From a bacterium (lineage in GTDB: Bacteria > UBA10199 > 2-02-FULL-44-16 > DYJF01), in contig JBGSNL010000053.1 in the NCBI GenBank assembly GCA_041739675.1, positions 1 through 57,679 of the forward strand: DNA of 57,679 nucleotides, read 5' to 3'. The notes under the pieces were generated by a model. It did not search any database, was not told where the DNA came from, and saw only the letters and a program-made list of their open reading frames with translations. The position numbers and the translations under genes were made by a program. Numbering within the stretch: the stretch's first letter is position 1; each line of letters begins with the position of its first letter. This document shows, in pieces, positions 18,771 to 27,935 of this stretch.

Positions 18771-19721
18771 ATGTCAAAAAAACCGGGTATCGTAATTGCG
18801 CTCGGCGGAAACGCTATCAGCAAACCGGGCATGCGCGGAACAATCACGGAGCAGATATACTCCACCAACGAGAGCATGGTGCACGTGGCGGAGCTCGTGG
18901 CCAACGGCTACGAAAAAATTCTCATCACGCACGGCAATGGCCCGCAGGTTGGCTCCGCAATCCTTAGAAGCGAGATCGCCTCCAAGTTCACATATCCCCT
19001 CCCGATGGATATCTGTGTCGCCGACACACAGGGCGGAATGGGATATATGATCCAGCAGGTCCTGAACAACTGTCTTCGCGAGCGCGGGATCAAAAAGCCC
19101 GTCGCAACCGTCATCACGCAAACTTATGTGGACGCCCACGACAAGGCGTTCGACAATCCCACAAAGCCGGTCGGCATGTTCTACAGCGAGAAAGAGGGGC
19201 AGGAACTCATGGCGGGACGCGGCTGGGTATTAAAAGAAGACGCGGGGCGTGGCTGGCGGCGCGTCGTGCCCTCTCCCAAGCCAATCGACATCCAGGAGAA
19301 AGAGACGATCAAGCTCCTGTTTGAAAAGGGGCACATCGTAATCGCGGGCGGCGGCGGCGGAATTCCAGTCGGTCTCAACAGATACAACAAGCATTACGGC
19401 ATAGAAGCCGTCATCGATAAGGACCGCTCAAGCGCCCTTCTGGCAAACGAAGTCGGCGCGGAAATCCTGCTCATCATGACGGGAGTCGAATTCGCCTACA
19501 TCGGATACGGCACGCCAAATCAGCGCGCGCTCACGGACATGAAGGCCTCCGAGATGGAGCTTCATCTGGAACACGGCGAATTCGCCGACGGCTCCATGAA
19601 GCCCAAAATCGAGGCGTGTCTCACCTTCCTTGAGAACGGCGGCAAGGAGGCAATCATCACCTCCATCCCCAAATGCCTCGCAGCCCTGCGCGGCAAGACC
19701 GGAACGCATATAAAACCATAA
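18771..19721 (+). CDS. arcC: carbamate kinase
   Basis: IALGGNAI, THGNGPQVG, TQGGMGY, RRVVPSP, GGGGIPV, EAVIDKD, GSMKPKI. Confidence 0.95.
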   Translation: MSKKPGIVIALGGNAISKPGMRGTITEQIYSTNESMVHVAELVANGYEKILITHGNGPQVGSAILRSEIASKFTYPLPMDICVADTQGGMGYMIQQVLNNCLRERGIKKPVATVITQTYVDAHDKAFDNPTKPVGMFYSEKEGQELMAGRGWVLKEDAGRGWRRVVPSPKPIDIQEKETIKLLFEKGHIVIAGGGGGIPVGLNRYNKHYGIEAVIDKDRSSALLANEVGAEILLIMTGVEFAYIGYGTPNQRALTDMKASEMELHLEHGEFADGSMKPKIEACLTFLENGGKEAIITSIPKCLAALRGKTGTHIKP

Positions 19722-19785
19722 AAGCTGCAAAACTCGGACGCTTTCGGCAAACTCTTCTCGTCTCTCTCCGCTCCCACTTGAAGTT

Positions 19786-19839
19786 GTAGCCGCAAACTTT
19801 AGTTTGCGCAAAATGGCGCAGGCTAAAGCCTGCGGCTAC
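19786..19839. repeat. GTAG-family REP doublet (inverted pair)
   Basis: GTAGCCGCAAACTTTAGTTTGCG (19786-19808) and its inverted partner CGCAGGCTAAAGCCTGCGGCTAC (19817-19839). Confidence 0.8.
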
Positions 19840-19867
19840 CCGCGAAGAGTTTCCCTACGCCTCCTCG

Positions 19868-19910
19868 TTTTGCCGCCGCATACAAAAAAGCCCCCGGATG
19901 ACAGGGGGCT
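19868..19910 (-). terminator. intrinsic terminator (copy 1 of a duplicated 43-bp segment)
   Basis: AGCCCCC/GGGGGCT stem plus T6 on the minus strand; near-identical to 21376-21418. Confidence 0.8.
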
Positions 19911-19933
19911 TCCATGCGTTGATCTGCACTTCT

Positions 19934-21196
19934 TCATTTCGGAGGAATTATGCCCGTGATAATCTTCGTGGGGACGTTTCTGTCCTCATTTGTCCCGTCG
20001 CCGACTGCTCCATATTGATTCCTGCCCCAGCACCATAGCGTATCATCATCTTTTATTCCGCAGGTACAAGCTTCGCCTGCGCTCACGAATTTCCACTTCG
20101 ATCCCGGTTCGACCGGCTTAAGCACCAGACTCTCATTAAACGTTCCGTCTCCCAGCTGCCCGTGTTCATTTTTTCCTAGGCAGGCAAGCGAACCGTCCGT
20201 CATAATGAGACAGGTGTGTTTTCCGGCGCTGCCGGCGACAAAATGAAAATTTGAGAACCTAGTGTACCGGTGAGGCGTAGGTCCGCAAGTCTCGTGGCCG
20301 CCGGCCCACCAATCGGGGCACGCGCCCCAAACCCATAATGTGTTATCATCTTTTGTCGCCAAGACGAAAGGAGCACCTAAACCAAACATGTTCCAATCTG
20401 TGTCACGGCCTGCCTGCACAGGCGTGTGTCTCTCCGTAGTAGTGCCGTCTCCAAGCTGACCGAACAGGTTATCTCCTGAGCACCAGATGGAGCCATCCTG
20501 TCTCATGGCGCACGTGAAACCACCGGCTACTCTGACTTCAAGCCAGTCGTTGCCGGGAAATCCGGGTGCAGGAGTGGGTCTATTGACGGTACTCCCATCG
20601 CCTAGCTGACCATACTCGTTCGCGCCCCAGCACCACATTGTCTTATCCTTTTTCAATGCGCAGTTAAAACGTTGAGACGAGTCGACTTGAGCCCAGTTGT
20701 TATCGGCTCCAACCTGACACGGAGCCGTAAACAGACAACCGTCCGAAGTTCCCAGTTGCCTCCACTCAAGATCGTTCTGGCCCCAACACCAAAGAGTGCC
20801 GTCGGTCTTGATGCCGCATGTGTGCCATTGGCCCACTGAAATGACTGCGAAGTCATTTCCCTTTTTCACATGTCTTGGCATGTTCGAATCTTGTACATTG
20901 CCCCTTCCCATTTGGCCCGATGAACCCATGCCCCAGCACCACACCGAGTTGTCCATGGCCAGCGCACAACTGTGATTGGATGAATATACGACTTTCCATG
21001 TGTTCGGGATTGGCACGTCAGGCTCCTCTTCTTCTGGAGTCCCCGCCTCACCTAAGCTCCCCGCTTCACCGGAAGCAGCTGCGCCGCCGGAAGCGAAATC
21101 GCCGGAACCGCCCGATGAACCTGGTTTTCCGGTGCAACCCCATATCAAAAAAAGGGCAGCGAAGATGACAAGCACTTTCAAATATTTTTCTTTCAT
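19934..21196 (-). CDS. RCC1-repeat (beta-propeller) lipoprotein
   Basis: LIWGC lipobox; repeated HTCxIxxDGxLWCWGxNxxGQLGDG units. ATG 21196 has the better RBS spacing. Confidence 0.9.
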   Translation of the reverse strand: MKEKYLKVLVIFAALFLIWGCTGKPGSSGGSGDFASGGAAASGEAGSLGEAGTPEEEEPDVPIPNTWKVVYSSNHSCALAMDNSVWCWGMGSSGQMGRGNVQDSNMPRHVKKGNDFAVISVGQWHTCGIKTDGTLWCWGQNDLEWRQLGTSDGCLFTAPCQVGADNNWAQVDSSQRFNCALKKDKTMWCWGANEYGQLGDGSTVNRPTPAPGFPGNDWLEVRVAGGFTCAMRQDGSIWCSGDNLFGQLGDGTTTERHTPVQAGRDTDWNMFGLGAPFVLATKDDNTLWVWGACPDWWAGGHETCGPTPHRYTRFSNFHFVAGSAGKHTCLIMTDGSLACLGKNEHGQLGDGTFNESLVLKPVEPGSKWKFVSAGEACTCGIKDDDTLWCWGRNQYGAVGDGTNEDRNVPTKIITGIIPPK

Positions 21197-21241
21197 GTCG
21201 GCCATCCTCCTTTGTGTTTTGTTTTACGATACAAATAATGG

Positions 21242-21256
21242 GCAACTACCGTGCCA
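21242..21256 (-). promoter_or_regulatory. sigma54 (-24/-12) promoter
   Basis: Minus strand TGGCACGGTAGTTGC matches TGGCACG-N4-TTGC exactly. Confidence 0.8.
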
Positions 21257-21375
21257 CTCCCCGTCAGATATTATTTAACAATTTCAGACTGCTATGTACA
21301 TAACGAATTCCCCGAAATGAGAATAAATCTAACGTGCGTCAAATAAATGACAAAAAGCTCTTCTCGATATTCTAA

Positions 21376-21418
21376 TTTTGCCGCCGAATACAAAAAAGCC
21401 CCCGGATGCCCGGGGGCT
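21376..21418 (-). terminator. intrinsic terminator (copy 2)
   Basis: AGCCCCCGG/CCGGGGGCT stem plus T6. Confidence 0.8.
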
Positions 21419-21440
21419 AATTGTCGAGAACATTCTTTCG

Positions 21441-22643
21441 TCAAGGACCAATTATTTCCGACCATGTTGGTAACTCAACGATGAGTGGTTGATTAAATTT
21501 TTTCCACTCTACAGGCGGTCTTCCAAAATTCTCCTCCTTGGTCTTGGTGCCGCTATCCCCACCACAAGCATCCCAAGCATATGGTACTTCCCACCAAATA
21601 TTACCGCCGTATCCGGGAGCACCTGGTCCAAAATAAAAATATCTATATTTGCTATAAACCATTACATCATGAATCGTCACATCAAATTGTCCTTTATAAC
21701 AATTACGGCCAGACATATACAAAGTGATCCTATTTATATCTTCGAGATTTATATCTTCGTCGCCCCGGTCCTTAGAAAAAGGCAACCTGTATGTGTGCCA
21801 AATATCTTCCTCAAGATCATGCCCATAGATTGCGCCCTTAGTGAGAAGCTGGCCGGTTGAATTGTAAGCTCTAATCTCTACATACTCAAAAATATTGACA
21901 TCATCAGAGGTATCATTAGAGGTATCATTTCCTTTCATACGAATGTCAGCTGCCAATAAATCCGACACTTTTTCCGGCGGCGAGCTTAACTTAAAAGCAT
22001 AATTTTGTTCCACAGTATGACGAGTCGGACATGAATCCGTGACCGATACAGTCAAAGCCTCTCCAAAATATTGCTGATCGGGGCCACATACAGTTGGAAA
22101 TATGACATAACCCGTGATCGGATCTCTTGCCTCTCCGCTGTCCAGCATCTCCGGGTTGCTCATGCAGTACGTAAGACTATTGTCAAAACTTCCGGAAAGT
22201 GTCGCTTCATCGGTCCCGGAAGATGTTATGCTGAACATATGGGGCATGCATCTCGAAGTGTCGTCACAATATGCATCTGGAAAGTATCCTTCGACTGCGC
22301 TCTTGACGCTCCATGTATAAGGCGCTTTTCCGCCCGTAACTTTGAATTTCACTTCAGGAGCATGGCTGCCCAGCAAATCGTTGTTGAGTTGCTCACGCGC
22401 AGTCAGTTCCGGGTGCGCAGTCTTGAGAGCACCGGCCGGAACCGTTTCGATCGCGAGCGGTTGAAAACATGGCCCCGTCGCCTTCATAGTAGCAGGCTGC
22501 GCCGCCTTTGACGTGGACTGAGACGGCTGCGTTTGCATCTCTTTTTTCTTGCCGAATATCCACCATGCATCTGCAGTTGAGGCGACAAAAACAAAACTCA
22601 GAATCACAGCAAACATTGTGAACGTTTTCGAAATTCTCTTCAT
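21441..22643 (-). CDS. secreted hypothetical protein with Ig-like segment
   Basis: Signal peptide ending TADA; VTGGKAPYTWSV Ig-like motif; AAGGAGG RBS; looks AT-richer than the housekeeping genes. Confidence 0.75.
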   Translation of the reverse strand: MKRISKTFTMFAVILSFVFVASTADAWWIFGKKKEMQTQPSQSTSKAAQPATMKATGPCFQPLAIETVPAGALKTAHPELTAREQLNNDLLGSHAPEVKFKVTGGKAPYTWSVKSAVEGYFPDAYCDDTSRCMPHMFSITSSGTDEATLSGSFDNSLTYCMSNPEMLDSGEARDPITGYVIFPTVCGPDQQYFGEALTVSVTDSCPTRHTVEQNYAFKLSSPPEKVSDLLAADIRMKGNDTSNDTSDDVNIFEYVEIRAYNSTGQLLTKGAIYGHDLEEDIWHTYRLPFSKDRGDEDINLEDINRITLYMSGRNCYKGQFDVTIHDVMVYSKYRYFYFGPGAPGYGGNIWWEVPYAWDACGGDSGTKTKEENFGRPPVEWKKFNQPLIVELPTWSEIIGP

Positions 22644-22685
22644 AAATTCCTCCTTATTCATCAAATTTACGTCATATATCCTACA

Positions 22686-22700
22686 GCAATTACCGTGCCG
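22686..22700 (-). promoter_or_regulatory. sigma54 (-24/-12) promoter
   Basis: Minus strand CGGCACGGTAATTGC, in a context homologous to 21242-21256. Confidence 0.72.
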
Positions 22701-22813
22701 CCCCCCCCCAGAAATATTTCTTATAATTCAACTAGTTAGCTATTTAGGAGGTTTTCCCAGAGTGAGAAGAAACCTTAAAGCGTCAAAAAAGACGGCAAAG
22801 GACGAGAACGATG

Positions 22814-22970
22814 GTGGCCTGACTTAGGGGACCGGCTTTGGAAAAGCGTCTCGGAGGCGATTTTAACAGCCGGGATGTGATTGACAAAATCGCCGAGAGA
22901 CGAGCGGCCGTTTTGGGTGGCCCAAAACGGACCGCGTCTTTTCAAAAGCCGGTCCCCTAAGTCAGGCCAC
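22814..22970. repeat. 157-bp element with 33-bp terminal inverted repeats and two internal hairpins (MITE-like or structured RNA)
   Basis: GTGGCCTGACTTAGGGGACCGGCTTTGGAAAAG and CTTTTCAAAAGCCGGTCCCCTAAGTCAGGCCAC pair with one mismatch. Confidence 0.85.
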
Positions 22971-23046
22971 GGGTTCCTTTTTTATATTTGACATTTAGGA
23001 GCGATTTCGGGTTTAGATTCTCGAAATTTGTCTGTAAGGAGTTCTT

Positions 23047-23202
23047 ATGGGCGAAATGACTGAATTTGATTTCGAAAATCCGGAAACGTGTCCAAACTGC
23101 GGCCAGTACGTGGGGGATGAATCTACATGTCCGCATTGCGGCGCCGTCCTCTATAATGAAGACGAAATGAACGAGTTCGAAGAGGAAAGCGAAGAGTTCT
23201 AG
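23047..23202 (+). CDS. 51-aa acidic zinc-ribbon microprotein (absent from the ORF track)
   Basis: AAGGAG RBS; MGEMTEFDFENPETCPNCGQYVGDESTCPHCGAVLYNEDEMNEFEEESEEF with two CPxCG knuckles. Confidence 0.8.
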   Translation: MGEMTEFDFENPETCPNCGQYVGDESTCPHCGAVLYNEDEMNEFEEESEEF

Positions 23203-23209
23203 AAGACTT

Positions 23210-23292
23210 GCGAGGGTGGCGGAACGGCAGACGCGCTAGCCTCAGGAGCTAGTGGAGTCAAATCCATAGGGGTTCAAATCCCCTCCCTCGCA
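23210..23292 (+). tRNA. tRNA-Leu(CAG)
   Basis: Acceptor stem GCGAGGG/CCCTCGC, anticodon arm CTAGC-CTCAGGA-GCTAG, long variable arm, T-loop TTCAAAT. CCA is not encoded. Confidence 0.95.
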
Positions 23293-23333
23293 CAAAATTT
23301 TGCGCAGCAAAAAAATGGAGGCGGAAACTCTCA

Positions 23334-25955
23334 ATGCACCCCAAGTTCCTCACGACGATGGTCACGATCCTCTCCGGCAGCCTTCGGATCTTTAAGCTCA
23401 TACTTAGCCTCATTGCGGCGATCATCCTCTTTTCGACGGTCGCCTTCGTCACTATCTATTTCTACTTCGCGCGGGGGCTGCCCGACATCCGCTCATTGGA
23501 AGATTATAAGCCGCCGGTCCTGAGCCAGGTCTTCGACGACGACGGAAACGAGATCGGCGAGTTCTGGACGGAGTGCCGCATCTTCCTGCCCTACGAAAAG
23601 ATCCCCAAACGCGTCGCCCAGGCTTTCGTCGCATCGGAAGATTCAAGATTCTGGGAGCATAAGGGCGTGGACATGCGCTCGATTGTACGCGCGTTCGTCG
23701 CCAACCTCAAGGCTGGCGACATCAAGCAGGGCGGGTCGACGATCACACAGCAGATCACGCGCTCGATACTTCTCACCAACGAACGCACGATGACAAGGAA
23801 GGTGAAGGAAGCAATACTTGCCACGCGCATAGAGCGCACGCTCAACAAAGAACAGATTCTGACTCTCTATCTCAATCAGATATTCCTGGGAAACCGCTCC
23901 TACGGCATCGCGGCGGCCGCCCGCAACTATTTCCATAAGAGCGTGGACGATCTGAACCTTGCTGAGATGGCCGTCATCGCGGGTATGCCCACGGCTCCGA
24001 TGCTCTTCTCGCCCATCACTCACCCCGAAGACGCGAGGCAAAGGCAACTGCACGTTCTCTCGCGCATGGTCGAAGAGGACATAATCACGAAAGAAGAGAT
24101 GGCAAAGGCGCTGGCCGAAAAACTCACAATTTATACGGCGGGCGTCGACAAGGACAACACATCGCCCGAGGCCGCATATTTCGTCGAACAAGTGAGGCGC
24201 CTTGTTAAGGAAAAATACGGCGACGACATCCTCTATCACAAAGGACTCAAGATATATTCAACGGTGTCATCGGAGATGCAACACGCCGCCTACAAGGCTG
24301 TGAGGCACGGCGTGGAAAAACTCGACCGCAGGCAGGGCTGGCGGGGCCCGATCGAACATATAAATCCCGCCGATATCCCGATACGCGCACACACGATCGC
24401 CGCAATCATTCTGCAAAAACAGAACCAGGGGAAAATGTCATGGCCTCCCCAGCAGGGCGAGAAAGCATCAGACGTCATAAACTTCGAGCCGGACAAGACG
24501 TACGAGGCCATCGTCACGTCCTTCAAGGACAACGACACGCAGATCATAGTTGGCAACGTAAATACCGTGATCTCCCGCCCAGACCCAAAGGATGACAGGG
24601 CCTTCGGCATCGATACGAAAAGGGGCCTGAAGGCCGGAGACATAGTCCTCGTAAGGAGAACCGACGGGGGCAACTTTGTTCTCGCTCAGCAGCCCAAAGT
24701 TCAGAGCGCCCTCTTCTCTATGGATCCTCACACCGCCGAAGTGAAAGCGATGATAGGCGGGTACGACTTTGGGAAGAGTGAATTTAACAGGGCAACACAG
24801 GCCTTGAGACAACCGGGTTCATCGTTCAAACCCTTTGCCTACGCCGCAGCTCTCGACAAGGGATACACGTATAACACGACGATCATGGACTCGCCCGTCA
24901 ATTATGTGGTCGGCCGCAACGAGTTCTGGAGCCCTAAAAACTACGGCGGAGGATACAAGGGGGCCACACCGTTCCGCAACGCGATCGTATTTTCCAGAAA
25001 CGTTCCGACGGTCAAGATAGTCGCCGATATCGGAACGCATTATTTAACGGCATATCAGCGCAAGATGGGCGTTACGACGCCGATCGAAAAATATCTCTCC
25101 ATGGCGCTAGGCGCAAACGCCGTATATTTAAGCGAGATGGTGCCGGCCTACGTGACGTTCTTAAACGAAGGAGTATACAAGCCGCCCATCTACATCAGGA
25201 AAATAGAGGACGCGAAAGGCAACCTCCTTGAAGAAAATAAGTTTGAGGGCGAGGAGTCGGCAGAACAGAAAAAAGAGGATTATATTTCAAAACCGCTTGC
25301 CGCCAACTCAATAGAATTGAGGACCGATCTTTTTGAAACGGGCAAACAGTGGATCGAAAAAGACAAGCTCGTTCTGACCGACGTCGAACTCAAGACACTC
25401 TATGGAAACGAAATCCCTCCCGGCCACGTGATAACACCGCAGACGGCGTATCTCATGGTGAACCTGCTCAAGGCCGCCGTTGAGGGCGGAACGGGCACTC
25501 GCGTCAGGGCGCTTGGCAAACCCGCGGCCGGAAAAACGGGAACGACCAACGACGAGACCGACACGTGGTTCAACGGGTTTGTGCCGGATCTCGCAGCGGG
25601 CGTCTGGGTCGGATTTGACGAGATCAAAAAATTGGGATCGGGAGAGACCGGCGGACACACGGCGGCCCCGATATTCCTTGAGTACATGATCGATGCCACA
25701 AAAAACATTGAAACGAGGGACTTCAAACCTCCCGCAGGCTTCCCGGTGGAGAGAATTGCAACCCTCACAGGCGGATCGGCGATCACCGGCTCGCGCGTCG
25801 GCCTTGAGGCCTTTGTTGAGAAAGGCGGTGCCGATCGCGCCGGCGAATTCTTCGAGGAAGATCTTGAATCATCGCGAAATGCCCCGTCCGACACGGAATA
25901 TGAACCCCCGCCCCCGCCAAAAAGCAGGGCATCCTCAGACGAATCGGGCTATTAG
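23334..25955 (+). CDS. mrcA: class A penicillin-binding protein 1A
   Basis: EDSRFWEHKG, QGGSTITQQ and RKVKE (transglycosylase); SSFK, SRN and KTG (transpeptidase). Confidence 0.93.
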   Translation: MHPKFLTTMVTILSGSLRIFKLILSLIAAIILFSTVAFVTIYFYFARGLPDIRSLEDYKPPVLSQVFDDDGNEIGEFWTECRIFLPYEKIPKRVAQAFVASEDSRFWEHKGVDMRSIVRAFVANLKAGDIKQGGSTITQQITRSILLTNERTMTRKVKEAILATRIERTLNKEQILTLYLNQIFLGNRSYGIAAAARNYFHKSVDDLNLAEMAVIAGMPTAPMLFSPITHPEDARQRQLHVLSRMVEEDIITKEEMAKALAEKLTIYTAGVDKDNTSPEAAYFVEQVRRLVKEKYGDDILYHKGLKIYSTVSSEMQHAAYKAVRHGVEKLDRRQGWRGPIEHINPADIPIRAHTIAAIILQKQNQGKMSWPPQQGEKASDVINFEPDKTYEAIVTSFKDNDTQIIVGNVNTVISRPDPKDDRAFGIDTKRGLKAGDIVLVRRTDGGNFVLAQQPKVQSALFSMDPHTAEVKAMIGGYDFGKSEFNRATQALRQPGSSFKPFAYAAALDKGYTYNTTIMDSPVNYVVGRNEFWSPKNYGGGYKGATPFRNAIVFSRNVPTVKIVADIGTHYLTAYQRKMGVTTPIEKYLSMALGANAVYLSEMVPAYVTFLNEGVYKPPIYIRKIEDAKGNLLEENKFEGEESAEQKKEDYISKPLAANSIELRTDLFETGKQWIEKDKLVLTDVELKTLYGNEIPPGHVITPQTAYLMVNLLKAAVEGGTGTRVRALGKPAAGKTGTTNDETDTWFNGFVPDLAAGVWVGFDEIKKLGSGETGGHTAAPIFLEYMIDATKNIETRDFKPPAGFPVERIATLTGGSAITGSRVGLEAFVEKGGADRAGEFFEEDLESSRNAPSDTEYEPPPPPKSRASSDESGY

Positions 25956-25986
25956 AGGTTTGGACTTCCAGGCTGGCCTCCTTTTC

Positions 25987-25995
25987 TGATATAAT
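25987..25995 (+). promoter_or_regulatory. extended -10 promoter
   Basis: TGATATAAT (TGn-TATAAT), 25 bp before ATG 26021. Confidence 0.65.
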
Positions 25996-26020
25996 GTAGA
26001 CGTCATCGAAAGGAGGCCTT

Positions 26021-26215
26021 ATGCACAAACGTGGGAACCTCGCCAAGCAGACGGCCCGTGAAGAGTCAAAGACCGGTTGGAAAAGATCCATAAGAGAGAG
26101 AAATCACGATATGGCAGGAGAGCTGAATCAGAAGCATTTCAGCCCCGATCTTGGCCATCACATGCCCAGGGCCATGGGAGCCAGAAATTGGCAGCAGCAG
26201 CGAGGCCGCGGATAA
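26021..26215 (+). CDS. small basic hypothetical protein (64 aa)
   Basis: AAGGAGG RBS, its own extended -10, and a downstream hairpin plus T-run. Confidence 0.65.
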   Translation: MHKRGNLAKQTAREESKTGWKRSIRERNHDMAGELNQKHFSPDLGHHMPRAMGARNWQQQRGRG

Positions 26216-26297
26216 TTTTTTAAAAGCTAAGCGCCCGCCACAGATCAGAGCGGCCACGGCCGCCAACAGAAATTGTGACGGGCGTTTTTTTAATCGG

Positions 26298-26352
26298 AGG
26301 GGACACTTCTCATTTTCGCATGCGATGCACGTGAACAGGAGAAGTGTCCCCT
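26298..26352. repeat. 14-bp inverted repeat (REP-like or terminator)
   Basis: AGGGGACACTTCTC ... GAGAAGTGTCCCCT between convergent genes. Confidence 0.7.
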
Positions 26353-26364
26353 TCCGTCAACAAG

Positions 26365-26949
26365 TCATTTAACGCTGATATCGATGTGCTCGATGATGTC
26401 TTTTTGCTCTATCTTCTTCACTATATCCATGCCGCCGATCGTCTGGCCGAACACCGTGTAACCGCCGTCCAGAAAAGGCGTCGCCTTGAGCGTGATATAG
26501 AACTGCGAGCCGGAGGAGCGCCTTTGCGGATTCACCTCGTCGCCGGTGCGCGCCCATGCAAGCGCGCCCTCTTTATGAGGAAGCCCGATCTCCGCGGGGA
26601 TCGTGTAGCCCGGGCCGCCACTACCTGTCCCGGCCGGATCGCCGCCCTGGATCACAAAATTTGGAACCACCCGGTGGAAGGTCAGCCCGTTGTAAAAACC
26701 GCCCTTTGCAAGATAGACAAAGTTCGTCACTGAAAGCGGAGCGCTTCTGGGATAGAGCTCGCAGACGATATCGCCCTTAGTGGTCTTTATTGTCGCAACA
26801 TATTTTTTATTAACGTCAACGTCAGATTTCGCAGGCGCGGTCCACTTCGTAGCAGTCGACATCGAAGCCTCCTTTTTTGTTTGTGCGGCTATCGTTCCGC
26901 AAACGAACACCGCAATTACGAGCACACCCAGTACTGAATATTTTTTCAT
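26365..26949 (-). CDS. cyclophilin-type peptidyl-prolyl isomerase, exported
   Basis: FYNGLTFHRVVPNFVIQGGDP, SGSQFYI, LDGGYTVFG; signal peptide. Confidence 0.95.
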   Translation of the reverse strand: MKKYSVLGVLVIAVFVCGTIAAQTKKEASMSTATKWTAPAKSDVDVNKKYVATIKTTKGDIVCELYPRSAPLSVTNFVYLAKGGFYNGLTFHRVVPNFVIQGGDPAGTGSGGPGYTIPAEIGLPHKEGALAWARTGDEVNPQRRSSGSQFYITLKATPFLDGGYTVFGQTIGGMDIVKKIEQKDIIEHIDISVK

Positions 26950-27078
26950 ATCCCCTCCTCTGTGGGGCTTTCTGTAACCCTATATCGTTCGCCCTGCAAC
27001 CGCTTTTTTCTCCCGAGAAACCTTGACTACACCTAGATTAGCTGTTAGGTGCGACCCATACAACAAAGGAGGAAGACC

Positions 27079-27876
27079 ATGAGAAAATTCAGTCTCGCAG
27101 TTGCAGTTGTTGCATTGCTGGCCGTTGCAGCGTGCGGCGGTTCCGACTCTGGCACAGGAACAACAACCAATCCAACAGCGACATCGGCAAAGTCCGTTGC
27201 AGCGGACATGAAGGCTGTGAGTATGGCCTATCAGGCATATTCCGAAATCGCTCCCGTGATTTTCGGCGGCGCTGCGCAAGTCGTCAAGACTTCATCTTCT
27301 GGTATAAATGTTATATGCTCAGATACAAGTTCCGCCAGCGTTGCCTGCACGGCTACGGATTCGTCGAGTGGAACGTGCATCGTCACCGGAAGCGCCACTG
27401 AAGCTACCTACACCTTCGAGCTGACATTTGACTGCACGAACTTCCATCCCGACTCCGATACGACTGTGAATGGTGCTTTCACTGCTTCCATAATCTACCA
27501 CACGGGCGCGGCGGCGATGACAACGAAGAATTCCGGTTCGTTGAAATTGACCAGCAACAAAACGGCCAGCGACGAGTGCACGATTTCCGACGAGGACACA
27601 TCCATTTATGACGGCATGTGCACCGAAGGCGGCACATGCAGCGCGGATTCCGCCAATCTCCTTGTGAGGCTTGAGCTTACAGTGGGCAGCCGCGGATTGA
27701 CGCTTGTCGATCTCTGCGGCACGTATGAATACGCCGCCGGTTTCAACATGAGCACAAACCTCTGCATGACCGAAGGCACGAGCGATCTCATCATGAATTT
27801 CGCCGTTGACGGCACGCTGAACGGCGAAACAGCCAATTTCACCGAAACATGGACATGCGACTTCACCTCGATGTAA
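27079..27876 (+). CDS. Ser/Thr/Cys-rich hypothetical lipoprotein
   Basis: MRKFSLAVAVVALLAVAAC lipobox; AAGGAGG RBS. Confidence 0.8.
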   Translation: MRKFSLAVAVVALLAVAACGGSDSGTGTTTNPTATSAKSVAADMKAVSMAYQAYSEIAPVIFGGAAQVVKTSSSGINVICSDTSSASVACTATDSSSGTCIVTGSATEATYTFELTFDCTNFHPDSDTTVNGAFTASIIYHTGAAAMTTKNSGSLKLTSNKTASDECTISDEDTSIYDGMCTEGGTCSADSANLLVRLELTVGSRGLTLVDLCGTYEYAAGFNMSTNLCMTEGTSDLIMNFAVDGTLNGETANFTETWTCDFTSM

Positions 27877-27890
27877 CCACATGAAATAAG

Positions 27891-27922
27891 AAAACCCCCT
27901 GCGAAAAAGCAGGGGGTTTTTT
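27891..27922. terminator. bidirectional intrinsic terminator
   Basis: AAAACCCCCTGC-gaaaaa-GCAGGGGGTTTT between convergent genes. Confidence 0.85.
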
Positions 27923-27935
27923 ATTTTGAAAATAT

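Noticed and set aside
23210..23292. tRNA-Leu as an integration site for an island
   Set aside because: No integrase and no duplicated tRNA 3' end were seen.
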